This document shows, piece after piece, positions 12,466-24,424 of a stretch of DNA of 64,000 nucleotides. A program made the translations under genes and the position numbers. This DNA is from Botryllus schlosseri. Taxonomy: Eukaryota. The notes below the pieces were generated by a model, which saw only the letters and a list, made by a program, of their open reading frames with translations, made no database searches and had not been told where the DNA came from. The DNA lies in assembly GCA_051294905.1 (NCBI GenBank), contig CM119371.1:5024001-5088000 (forward strand), read 5' to 3'. Positions within the stretch are counted from its first letter, which is position 1. Every line of letters starts with the position of its first letter.

Positions 12466-13489
12466 CCGTAATTTTCCGAATATTACGCCCTCATGTGTAA
12501 TATGCACCCTTAAAATGGCGTGTTGTTGTTGTTTTTATTACCTCATATAATTGGCGCTTGCAACATCGTGGTTATTTGCGCCCACACAGTGAATTTCAAA
12601 CATTTCATAATGGCATGTCTTCTTGAACTCGAGTCTTTTTTCGGCTCATTTGCTGCCTCCTTTCAAGAGTTCGGCTCTCTCTTCGTCTGGGCTTTTCAAT
12701 GTGCTGTGTTACTGGGGAAAAGCATGTATCCATGTATAGTACGCACCCTGTATCCACAGTACATGAATAGTTTTATTTTGGTATTCGATGTCATTCTGTT
12801 TTGCGATGTCACTGTTGAACAATCATGACATAATCATCGCTAATCATTATACACTTAACGGCATTGTCTTAAACGATGATAGCAGCCAATGCCCGCGAGG
12901 CCCGCGACGCGATATTTCAGGCCAGGACGATATCTTGCGCACAAGGCCTATTAGGCCTATGCGCCTATTAGCCTAAGGCCTATTCAGGCCTATTAGATGC
13001 GATTGTTCAGGCAAACGGTTATGTCGTGCGCATTAGGCCTGTTGGAGATGCGACTAGTGTGTAGGCCAGCGATTACGTCTTGCGCACATGGCGTGCTGTT
13101 AATGCGATTGTTCAGGCCTGTAGTTGACGCGATAAATTAGCGAGAATCGCTGCGTGCGGGTGCAGCAATCCAGTGTCCTAATTTCGCTCGCGTACAAACG
13201 GCAACCAACTCCCCAGGAGATCGCTTGCTGTTGCACAGCGGAACAGCGCAGACGCTAATCGGCAACAGGCTTCTCGCTAATTGGCAGCGCGTAACACTGA
13301 TAATACTAATTACCGGGCATGGTGGCTGAATGTGTTGCGTGATTGAAACAAACATGAAGAAAGGGTGATTTCAAGTTATGTTTCGAGGGAGATTTTTTCA
13401 AGGCTTTTTGTACCCATGCATAAGACGCACTCCCGCTTTTAGACCAAAAAATCGGGAAAATTTTGCGCATTATACATGGAAAATTAAGG
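12466..13489. mobile_element. Same CCGTA MITE family, opposite orientation, with a ~190-bp nested fragment
   Basis: TA|CCGTAATTTTCCGAA ... GGAAAATTAAGG|TA. The extra segment ~12521-12712 ends on the - strand in AATAAAAACAACAACAAC, resembling a retroposon 3' tail. Confidence 0.8.
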
Positions 13490-16175
13490 TACTGCCTGAA
13501 TCAGTTTCAATGAAGACTTCTTTGTGGTAATTTGCGCTGGGTCTGTTGGTCAGAGAAGTTTGATGTGGATATTCAAATCTTCGTATCACCGTGTGATGAG
13601 CTAATACTATAGTTTATGTCACCTAAATTTTAGGCGTTGTGCGCATTATCCTTTGTCACATTCTCGGATAATTAGCAGTCTGCGCATATTAATTTCGATT
13701 TCGTTTCGAATTGTAATGTTGTGACCATCTTGTAAATATGTATTTCTTCCTGCCATTCATTTCATGCAATTTGTCGACATTTTCACTTCCTCATTTTCAA
13801 TCCGTTCATATTAATGGATGATCATGGAGCTACAATAAGCTCCTTATAGTCTGATATGATGTTCTGTCGGCTTTTTGCTAGTAGTATCTCCTAATTCCAG
13901 CAGTATGCAGCATCCTTGCAAAGACGATGTGAAATGGATCCCCGTATATTTGTGATACAGGTGATTAGCACATCATTGATCGCTATCCTTGGTGATGATA
14001 TGATTGTAAACAGTCAGCCGCAACACGTAATATTTTTATTCTGTTTCGCTTTAAAATATATTGAATACCCGATAAATTATGTGTGTATTTTTGTGATACA
14101 CTCGCTGCATTTTGTCAACAATTTCGTTCCTTCATAAGATTTTGTTTCGTTCAGATTATTTGTAATTCATAGCGCACCACGGTGCTCTTAACTTTGTTTT
14201 GTTTGATGAAACCTTGAAGCTGCTACGACGAACTCATGAACCCTGAATACTAAAGAGGCAAGCTGAGGTAAATCGTGATATGAATAATCATTAGGCATAT
14301 CAATTGAACTACTCAGAGCTATAGACATTAGCGACACTGTTAACGAGAGCTCGATTATAGCTGCAGCGTCTACGGAAAATAACCTTTGGTCGGTGGTTTC
14401 ACCTCTCTCCCACCGCACCAGATATTTATTGTTTGATTCGTGACGGTTGCTTCTCCAAGAACTCAGCAGCGGTAGAGGAAAACCTGTGTCACTCCCTAGC
14501 CAGCATGATTGGGTAAGAAATGATATACTGAGTGAAACATGTGATGAATATTTGTACTGACAACATAGCCCTAATCTTCTGTGACAATGCAACACTATTG
14601 AGGCACATAATGGCTTAAAATCGTCATTTACTTTGATTTTATCAGAATTGCGGGTCACATAGAATGCCCTTTTGCAAGAAGTGTGCAGGGCACTATGAAA
14701 CATTTCGCCATAGTAGTATTGTAATGCCTTTTGGCTGTCTGTAAGTCGCATGACCTTAACCAGTGGCCATCGACTGCGAGTCCCCACACCTGTGCCAGTC
14801 TGCTTTAAATTTTCAGTCGGCTGAACAAATATATATTTGATATGTTAGTAATCGCAAAATGTAAGAGGTGGTAATCTTGTTCAGAACTAGAACACCGCCT
14901 TCTTTTTATCCGTCATCACAGCGCTGCAATTAATGCACCGATCTGTTTGAAATCACCCAGAAACACGTTTATTAAGAAACAACATCATTCTATATTCAGG
15001 CATGCTTGGAACGTGATGTTTGATTATGGCTTAGGGCGGAGATAATAAAGTTGGATTAGCAATGAAGTCGATTATCGCGTTCGTCTGGATTTATCAACCC
15101 AGGATTAAGGAGACTGGTTGATCGCAGCGCATAAAGGTAGTGTTAATGTCATGATTTAACGAACCGGAACAAAGTATAGACAACTAGTTATGTATCAAAA
15201 CTAGGCACACTGCGTACCATTCCTACGCACAACTATTTCCGATAATGACCTTGCCGTTTCCGACTGTCTCTAAGGCGATGGCTTCACTAAACAATCAACG
15301 AATTAGGTAGGCTACCGGCCATTGCAGAGCGATACTAGTTCTATAATCCGCTTCTCAGCTGTATCGTACGAATTAAAAACGACTTTCATTTGGCGATGAT
15401 GATAAATCTAGCTATTGCAGTGGAAATATATCGGTATCATCAGGCTGCTGTTTCATTCAACAATTTGACAACTGAGAGCCTATAACGCGTTTTCTCATTA
15501 TGATGCAACATGCAGCAGACAACGCCACTTCATTGACAACTCGGGACACCTCGACTACCATCGCGCGTAACATTTTCCAAGTTTATGCGTCACGATTAGC
15601 AGTATTTAATCACTCGATTAGCATTCTTCCGGATCAGCTATCTTTATTATATCTGCCCTCAGTGTCGAATTGGCTCCGTACATACTATTACTTGGAAAAA
15701 TGGCCGAAATGTCCATTTCAGATTGCATAGCTTTTGCTGGTCGAAATCGACCAAAATTAGGTGTCTAACGTTGTTAGGCAACCTGTCAATTTCATCACTA
15801 TACAGCCTTACTGTATAGTATGAGCTCCGACTTCCGACGCATTGGCAGATCCAGGGTCCAGTCACATTTTCAGTAAATCATCGTACATTACACTAAACAA
15901 AAAAAGTAGCGAAATTTGTCTTCATGCTGCGTGTGTTTAATTGTCACACAGTTTCTTGCTTGGTAGCCTACCTCCTACCGAAAATTGAAAAAAAAAACGC
16001 CTTATTTACCCGATTGAGTCTAACTGTATTCGCAATTACGGGAGAAAGACAAAACAAAACACAAAACATTTATTTCGGATTCATTCAACATTAAAATTAA
16101 GGCCTGTTGTTCAATTGTGATAAATCAGCAGATGTGGTTGTTGCATATACATAATGGCATCTTAGAAAATAGGTA

Positions 16176-16310
16176 GGAGCCGGAGCTACTCCTCAAATAA
16201 CGGGCTCCAGCTCCGGCTCCGGCTGAATTTTATATAGAGCTCCGGATCCAGCTCCGGTGAAAATGCACGGCTCCGGGCCTCCGACTCCGGGCTCTGGCTT
16301 CAAAGCCCTG
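16176..16310. repeat. GGCTCC/GGAGCC subterminal array of a hAT-like MITE end
   Basis: Repeated ggctcc ending in aagccctg. A similar GACTCC array ends in acagccctg at ~30270-30412. Confidence 0.6.
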
Positions 16311-19300
16311 GCTCCCGGGCCAATTTCTTAGTTTTGATGACGCCGCGGGCCGCACTACCAATAATAGGGATGTTTCCAAGTAGGCCTTGTTTGACGGGAG
16401 CTTGAAGACAGGCATTCCACAAACTTCATGAAAATGTAATTTACTATTGTGTTATTCACGCTTGACACGGAAAAAATCATATTTTCAAATATTTGAATAA
16501 AATTGTTTTTATGCCGGGCCTTATTTGTTCAAATAATTATTTGTTCAGTTGAATATAGGCCTAATTCCACGATGCATCTCGTAACCCTTGATGTGTAAGA
16601 ACCCATGGAATAGAAATGTCCAATCGCCGATGAATTCATTGGTGTTATAGCTGTTGAGCGTACTACTACCTTACTCGCCACTGATAATAATATGGATAAA
16701 GACATCAAACAACATCCAGCATGTAACCAACTATATGGTCAAATAATGAGTTACAGACATCATGCGAGAGGATGAATCATGATCATGACATTGTCAAACT
16801 GTCGGTTATAATATTGCAGCTAGTGGACCTTTGACGTGCCACAATTATATGTAGAATATTTTAAAATCTATGCTGAAGATTGATCTCATAGCAGAGCATT
16901 TGAGCGGGGTAGCCTAAAACGGGCTATGATATAGTCTTCATAAGTAGGCTATTGTTACTATGCCATTGACAAAGTCAAATTAAATCAGCGTCATATTTTG
17001 CCTTCGATTATTATTGTAACATATCAATAACAACTTGAATATAATCATTATTGAGCCATAGTAATAGCATTGTTTCTTAACCTTGGCGATCGTAGCCCTC
17101 GTGCTTCCAATAAGATTTCTCGTAGCACCTGGACATTTTCAACACAATTTCTGATTTTAACTTTAATCAAATTAGAAAGCACATCCACGTAAAATCGCGC
17201 GTAGCGCGAATACCATTTTTCAGTTGAATATAGGCCTAATTACACAATGCATCTCGTACCCCATGATATGGTGCTCCGTACCCCGAAGGGGTCTGCGGAC
17301 CCTGGTTAAGAACCCATGGAATAGAAATGTCCAAATCTCCGATGAATTCATTTGTGTTACAGCTGTGGAGCGTACTAGTACCTTACTTGCCACCGATAAT
17401 AACATGGATAAAGACATCGGAAAACACCAAGCATGTAACCAACTATACGTCGCGGGGGTCACATATTGCCGATGGTTGCCATACTGACATGATTAGATAG
17501 CTATATATACCCTACGCAATGCAAGCTATACGACCTTTTGATATATTACTATTCCCCATGACAGTTTCATAGATTTTTGCATCCGTAGGATTGCCAAGTC
17601 ACCGTTCCGAGTCGCAAGTCCTTCTCCGATTTTAACGTTTGATTCGACTCAACTCGGGTGATTTTTATTTAATCACCCAGTCAATCCGAAATCGAGTAAT
17701 TTTACGAAAGATCGCACAAAACCAAATCACAATTTTCAGTCACGAATCATTAACGGACCATGCTTTATCATTATGAATTAGAAATGTGACGTAATAGCTG
17801 ATCCTCTACCACATGGTAGCTTTTAAAAGTGATGTGATAACGTAGTTTGTCGAGATTTCAGTGTTTTTATAGCAGTGTTTGGGTGAACTTCAAGTTATTA
17901 TATCTAAAAAATATATGTGGCACTAGAATATATTGTCGAATACTTGAAATTCCAAAATGCCGTAGAGGGCCGCACAAAATGCTCTCGCGGGCCGGGTGTT
18001 TGAGACCTCGGCTCTACAGTCTGTTATTATCAGCCAAAATAGAGGATCGAATGTGAAGCCTTGAGATGTTGAAACAAATTGATATGGTACAATACACCAC
18101 TCGGTTACATGTCCGTGAGAATTTAAGAACATAAACTATATCCATTCGATTTAAATTATACACGAAAGTTCGTAATGGTGAGCACTGCATCATGTAAGCA
18201 CTTGATCCGTCTAAGAAACAGAGATGCATTCCTATTAGATCAGTGGTTCTCGACCTTTTTGTCTCTACGTACCCATTTCACGCCGCCACCGACCCTCGTC
18301 GACCCCTCATGCACATGCATCTTTGGTTGATTGATACCAGTGCCTTTACTGTCGGCAAATCAGTTCAATTAACTTTGAATGCATTTCAACCCGGAGCCTT
18401 CAAAACAAGACGGTGGCATTTATGGATTTCATAAGAAATCTCCAAAGATCAACGACAGGACTAAGCATGGTGATCCTGATCTTGAGAATTGGCTGCAAGT
18501 AGTTCGCGTGTAAAAAAATGCTCATAAAGTAGAGTTGTGTATAAATAATACCCTGGATGACGAATATCACGCGACATCAACGACGATTATTGGTATCGTA
18601 ATTAATCATGTTTCATAGAACTCCGTTGTGTGCAGCTGCTCGTCTGCATCTTCACCATTTCAGACATGCCAGTGTCAAGCATATTAGCATTAGACATGCA
18701 TTCATTTTGATAAGTGAGGTTTGAGTCGCGAGATGGTAATGCCACTCAGATTCGGGTAGTGGTCGTAAACGTTGAAGAACCATTGGTGTTTAACGTGACC
18801 AAGGCCATGGTGCCCACTCCGACTCCCAATCGCCTGGCCAAACTGAGCTGATGGTGTCACACTTGCTCCAAAACTGTTTTGAATCTAATATTCAGTCATC
18901 CCGGGGACTTATTGAAGACAGAGTGAATTACCAGTTTGGTATCTTGGAGTTGAAATCTATAAAACGATCAAGTTGAAAGCCTGAACGTCCAAAATGTTCT
19001 ACCCGTAACCAATATCCGAAAGCAAATCTGAAATGTAATTGTGATCCATAAAGTTTGTGTGAAACATCTATAAGGAACTACACGTCTGAATTGTCAGGTT
19101 ACCGATCATCACAATGCCTAATAATTCTACTAAACTAGTAATATGACATCATAAGTTTGTTATTCTTGGATATTTTTATTTATCACACTGCTCCGTTTTT
19201 GCTAATTCTTTCTGTATTTCAGACTAAGTTGCCATAATATTAGAATTATAATACTATTTAATAGCGCATCCAAGCTATCGTTGGATCCTCGTTTTCAAGC

Positions 19301-19360
19301 AGAGAGCGTTTGATGTGGGATGCTTCAAGAAGTAAAGTAATATACAGATAATCCAGAATA

Positions 19361-20827
19361 ATGACAAGGAAGATGTGCTCGATCTGTGGAAAGAGCTTCC
19401 ATCGTAAGGACGGATTGAAAGCTCACTTGCGATTCCACCTTATAGATCGAAATACCGAATGTGAGATATGTGGAAAAACCTTTGCTGCAATCACTTTATT
19501 GAAAAAACATTTATTATCCCACACTTTTTTGAAAAATCATGAACGCAAGGGCATTGGCAAAGAGTTTGGTCCGATCGGTCACTTGAAAAGACTTGCTGAT
19601 GCACGTACTGGTCACCTTGGAGTCGAAAACCACGACTGTGAGATCTGTGGAAAATCGTTTGTACGGGTTGGAGACCTCAAAACACATGGAACTATCCATA
19701 CTGGAGTCAAAAACTATGCATGTCTGATCTGCGGAAAAGCGTTTACCCGGCTTGGTCACTTGAAACAACATGAAAATACACATACTGGAGTCAAAAATTA
19801 TGAGTGTCAGATCTGTGGGAAAGCGTTTACCCAGCTTGGTGCCTTAAAAAGACATGGAAATACACATACTGGAGTCAAAAACTATGCATGTCAGATCTGC
19901 GGAAAAGTGTTTGCCCAGCTTCATCACTTGAAAAGACATGCAAATACACATACCGGAGTCAAAAACTATGCATGTCAGGTCTGCGGAAAAGCGTTTTCCC
20001 AGCTAGATACCTTGAAAGAACATGGAAATACACATACTGGAGTGAAAAACTATGCATGTCAGATCTGCGGAAAACTTTTTGCCCGGCTTGGTGACTTAAA
20101 AATACATGGTGATGCACATACTGGAGTCAAAAACTATGCGTGTCAGATTTGCGGAAAAGCGTTTACCCTGCCTGGTAACTTGAAAAGACATGGAAATACA
20201 CATACTGGAGTAAAAAACTATGCATGTCAGGTCTGCGGAAAAGCGTTTTCCCAGCTAGATACCTTGAAAGAACATGGAAATACACATACTGGAGTCAAAA
20301 ACTATGACTGTCAGATTTGCGGAAAAGCGTTTACCCGGCTTGGTAACTTGAAACAACATGAAAATACACATACTGGAGTCAAAAATTATGAGTGTCAGAT
20401 CTGTGGGAAAGCGTTTACCCAGCTTGATGTCTTAAAAATACATGGAAATACACATACTGGAGTAAAAAACTATGCATGTCAGATTTGCGGAAAAGCGTTT
20501 TCCCGGCTTTGTGACTTGAAAAGTCATGGAAATACACATACTGGAGTCAAAAACTATGACTGTCAGATCTGTGGAAAAGCGTTTATTCAGCTCAGTTACT
20601 TGAAAAGTCATGGAAATACACATAGTGGAGTCAAAAACTATGCATGTCAGATCTGCGGAAAAGCGTTTTCCCGGCTTTGTGACTTGAAAAGTCATGGAAA
20701 TACACATACTGGAGTCAAAAACTATGCATGTCAGATTTGCGGAAAAGCGTTTACCCGGCTTGGTAACTTGAAAAGACATGGAAATACACATACCGGAGTC
20801 AAAAACTATACATGTCATGTAACTTGA
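19361..20827 (+). CDS. Tandem C2H2 zinc-finger protein B (family 1), 488 aa, 16 canonical fingers
   Basis: Uninterrupted ORF of CxxC-12-HxxxH repeats with TGVKNY linkers. ATG is preceded by an in-frame TAA. A pyrimidine-rich acceptor (tttctgtatttcag, ends 19222) lies ~140 nt upstream. One degenerate finger follows the stop. Confidence 0.9.
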   Translation: MTRKMCSICGKSFHRKDGLKAHLRFHLIDRNTECEICGKTFAAITLLKKHLLSHTFLKNHERKGIGKEFGPIGHLKRLADARTGHLGVENHDCEICGKSFVRVGDLKTHGTIHTGVKNYACLICGKAFTRLGHLKQHENTHTGVKNYECQICGKAFTQLGALKRHGNTHTGVKNYACQICGKVFAQLHHLKRHANTHTGVKNYACQVCGKAFSQLDTLKEHGNTHTGVKNYACQICGKLFARLGDLKIHGDAHTGVKNYACQICGKAFTLPGNLKRHGNTHTGVKNYACQVCGKAFSQLDTLKEHGNTHTGVKNYDCQICGKAFTRLGNLKQHENTHTGVKNYECQICGKAFTQLDVLKIHGNTHTGVKNYACQICGKAFSRLCDLKSHGNTHTGVKNYDCQICGKAFIQLSYLKSHGNTHSGVKNYACQICGKAFSRLCDLKSHGNTHTGVKNYACQICGKAFTRLGNLKRHGNTHTGVKNYTCHVT

Positions 20828-21282
20828 ATAGCCATGGACATACACATTAGGGAGTAAAAAATTTGCATGTCAGACGTGCGGAAAAGCGTTTACCCGCCTT
20901 GGTGCCTTGAAAAGAGATAGAAATACACGTACAGTAAAATAGCAGAACGCATGTCTTTTTTTTTCTCGCGAAGATGATCTCGAACACGATGCAGGCATAT
21001 TGACAGCTATACCTTATATTAAAATATGCTGTTGCTAAGAGTGGACGTCCATTCACTCTGCTATCATGTCAATACGATTTAATTTATCTTTGAATCACCT
21101 TCCCGGCTAAATGTTTACTGTGCCGGGTATGTAAAAGTGGAGGTGGACTTGTATCTTCGTGTTACCAAGCCTCTTCCACATATCCATTTAGTTTTGCCAC
21201 AAAAAAAATCTGTATACGTTGGTTTTCTCATCTGATTTTTTTTTCAGTTTGAAATTGTTTCTCCTAGTTTCATATTGGAATT

Positions 21283-22054
21283 ACGGCCCCCATGTATAAT
21301 ACGCACTCTTAAAATGGCGTGTAAATTCTGGGAAAAAGCATGTATCCATGTATAGTACGCACCCTGCATTCACAGTACATGAATAGTTATGTTTTAGTAT
21401 TCGATGTCATTCTGTTTTGCGATGTCACTGTGGAACAATCATGACATAATCATCGCTAATCATTATACACTTAACGGCATTGTCTCAAACGATGATAGCA
21501 GACGAAGCCTGCGAGGCCCGCGCCGCGGTAGTTCATGCCAGCGACGATATCTTGCGCACGAGGCCTATTAGATGCGATTGTTCAGGCAACGGTTATGTCG
21601 AGCGTACTAGGCCTGTTGGAGATGCGACTATACTGTGTAGGCCAGCGATTACGTCTTGCGCACATGGCGTGCTGTTCATGCTATTGTTCAGGCCTGTAGT
21701 TGACAGCGATAAATTAGCGAGAATTGCAGCAATCCAGTGATCTAATTTCGCTCGCGTTCAAACGGCAACAAACTCACCAGGAGATAGCTTGCTGTTGTAC
21801 AGCGGAACAGCGCAGACGCTAATTGGCAACACGCTTCTCGCTAATTGGCAGCGCTGAACACTGATAATACTAATTACGGGGCATGATGGCTGAATATGTT
21901 GCGCGATTAAAACAAACATGAAGAGAGGGCGATTTCAAGTTATGTTTCTTGGCAGATTTTTTCAAGGCTTGTTGTACCCATGCATAATACGCACCCCCGA
22001 TTTTAGGCCGAGAAAATCGGGAAAATTTTGCGCATTATGCATGGAAAATTATGG
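21283..22054. mobile_element. CCGTA MITE copy at the same position as 12466-13489
   Basis: Collinear with 12466-13489. Right end GGAAAATTATGG|TA, left end damaged. Further partial copies at ~930-1250, 3526-3600, 25210-25555, 27745-28280 and 45733-47370. Confidence 0.8.
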
Positions 22055-23534
22055 TACTGCCTGAATCAATTTCAATGAAGACTTCTTTGTTATAATTTGC
22101 GCGGAGTCTGTTGGTCAGAGATGTTTGATGCGTATATTCAAGTCTTTGTGTCACAGTATGATGAGCTAACAGTAGTTTATGTCACCTAATATTTAGGCTT
22201 TCTGCGCATTATCCTTCGTCACATTCTCGGGTAATTAGCATTCTGCGCATATTATTTTCGATTTCGTTTCAAATTGTAATGTTGTGGCCATTTTGTAAAA
22301 TGTGTTTCTTCCTGCCATTCATTTCAAGCAATTTTTCGACATTTTCACTTAATCATTTTCAATCCGTTCATATTTATGGATACCGTAATCCTGGAGCTAC
22401 AATAAGCTCCTCGTAGTCTGATATGATGTTCTGTCAGCTTTTTGCTAGTAATATCTCCTAATTACAGCAGTATGCAGAGTCCATGCAAAGACGACGTGAA
22501 ATGGATCCCCGTATAGTATATTTGTCATACAGGTGATTAGCACATCATTGATCGCTATCCTTGGTGATGATGTGATAACCGTATAAACAGTCAGCCGCAG
22601 TACATATTATTTTTATTCTGTTTCGCTTTAAAATATATTGAATACCCGATAAATTCTGTGTGTATTTCTGTGATACACTCGCTGCATCTTGTCAACAATT
22701 TCGTTCCCTCATAAGATTTTGTTTCGTTCATATTATTAATGGTAATTCATAGCGCACCACGGTGCTCTTAACCTTGTTTTGTTTGATGAAACCTTGAAGC
22801 TGCTACGACGAACTCATGAACCCTGATTACTAAAGAGGCAAGCTGAGGTAAATCGTGATATGAATAATCATTAGGCATATCAATTGAACTACTCAGAGCT
22901 ATAGACATTAGCCACACTGTTAACGAGAGCTCGATTATAGCTGCAGCCTCTACGGAAAATAACCTTTGGTCGGTAGTTTCACCTCTCTTCCACCGCACCA
23001 GATATTTATTGTTTGATTCGTGACGGTTGCTTCTCCAAGAACTCAGCAGCGGTAGAGGAAAACCTGTGTCACTCCCTAGCCAGCATGATTGGGTAAGGAA
23101 TGATATACTGCGTGAAACTTGTGATGAATATTTGTACTGACAACATAGCCCTAATCTTCTGTGACAATGCAACACTATTGAGGCACATAATGGCTTAAAA
23201 TCGTCATTTACTTTGATTTTATCAGAATTGCGGGTCACATAGAATGCCCTTTTGCAAGAAGTGTGCAGGGCACTATGAAACATTTCGCCACAGTAGTATT
23301 GTAATGCCTTTTGGCTGTCTGTAAGTCGCATGACCTTAACCAGTGGCTCTCGACTGCGAGTCCCCAGACCTGTGCCAGTCTGCTTTAAATTTTCAGTCGG
23401 CTGAACAAATATATATTTGATATGTTCGTAATCGCAAAATGTAAGAGGAGTGGAGGACAATTGTAGTTGAGTTGAGTGGTTCAGTGTTGAACAATCATGA
23501 CATAATCATACGCTTAACGGCATTGTCTCTAAAC

Positions 23535-23825
23535 CAGTGGTTCCCAATCTGGGGGGCGTGAATGCATCTGAAGCGGGTGCGAAGAAGCAGTCAACTGAAA
23601 TAATTATCGGGATCTGCGCAATTAAACTCCTATTCGCGCGTGTTTCTCTATATATATACCCAATTTCATATTTTTTTAATTCTCTCATCATCAGTCATAA
23701 CCTTCCATGCCATCTGTTGAGGTTGCTAGCATCCCGGTCGGATTCTGTGATATGACGATATGGGGGGCGCAACATTTTTCACTATCATCAAGGGGGAGTG
23801 TCTACAGAAAGATTGGGAACCACTG
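23535..23825. mobile_element. hAT-type MITE
   Basis: TIR CAGTGGTTCCCAATCT / AGATTGGGAACCACTG with 8-bp TSD CTCTAAAC / GTCTAAAC. Related copy at ~45249-45560. Confidence 0.88.
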
Positions 23826-23833
23826 GTCTAAAC

Positions 23834-24424
23834 CAGGGCTGGCCAACCTTTTCGGCCAAAGGGCCACATTCGATTGACGAACTTTTGCGCGGGCGGCAAT
23901 CCGCGCGAAGCGCGAAAATTTTTTGAAGTTCATAGGTCAATAATATTGTCACTTGACTCTATTGTGGGCCTGCTGTATATCGCTGGGCTAAGTTTGCGAG
24001 GACTGGGCTATTCGGCGCATGGACTTATCGATATCGAAAGCTGTGACCAACATGCGTCAGTCATTTCGTGCCTATAGGTTTCACGGTGGACGGTCTTACT
24101 GCGAGCGCAAACGCAAGGTCGCATATGTTGAACGACACTTTGCCTCGTAATCGCGAATATAGTTAGACTCAATCTGATGCATTAGGTGTTCTTCCATTTT
24201 CACGAAGATGTACCAATATGTGAATGGCTGATGGATCTGTCAATGCGTCTGAACTGATATTTTAGTCATTACATCTCAAGTATTGCGGCCAGACTAATCA
24301 TATTTTTGGTTGGCCTAGCAAGCTCAAAATCTGTTCAATCCATTTTTGATGATATTAGAAATTTCGGAAATTACCTCTCGGGCCACTCAAAACCATCTCG
24401 CGGGCCACGGGTTGGCCGGCCCTG
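23834..24424. mobile_element. hAT-type MITE
   Basis: TIR CAGGGCTGGCCAACC / GGTTGGCCGGCCCTG with perfect 8-bp TSD GTCTAAAC. Confidence 0.9.

Larger units (their letters stand above)
9567..14870 (+). repeat. Segmental duplication unit carrying a family-1 ZNF gene (paralogs ~19008-23448 and ~51635-55860)
   Basis: The 5' flank, CDS start and ~2.7 kb of 3' flank are collinear in three copies. A and B are near-identical outside the array; C is more diverged. Confidence 0.9.

Noticed and set aside
18050..18580. Faint resemblance of peptides (KQIDMVQ..ENLRT; DPDLENWLQVVRV) to the KSR N-terminal CC-SAM region; block duplicated at 43560-44260
   Set aside because: The matches are short, broken by stops and unsupported without a search.
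19361..20827. Calling the ZNF genes PRDM9 or KRAB-ZNF
   Set aside because: No SET, SSXRD or KRAB sequence was found, and an in-frame stop precedes the ATG.
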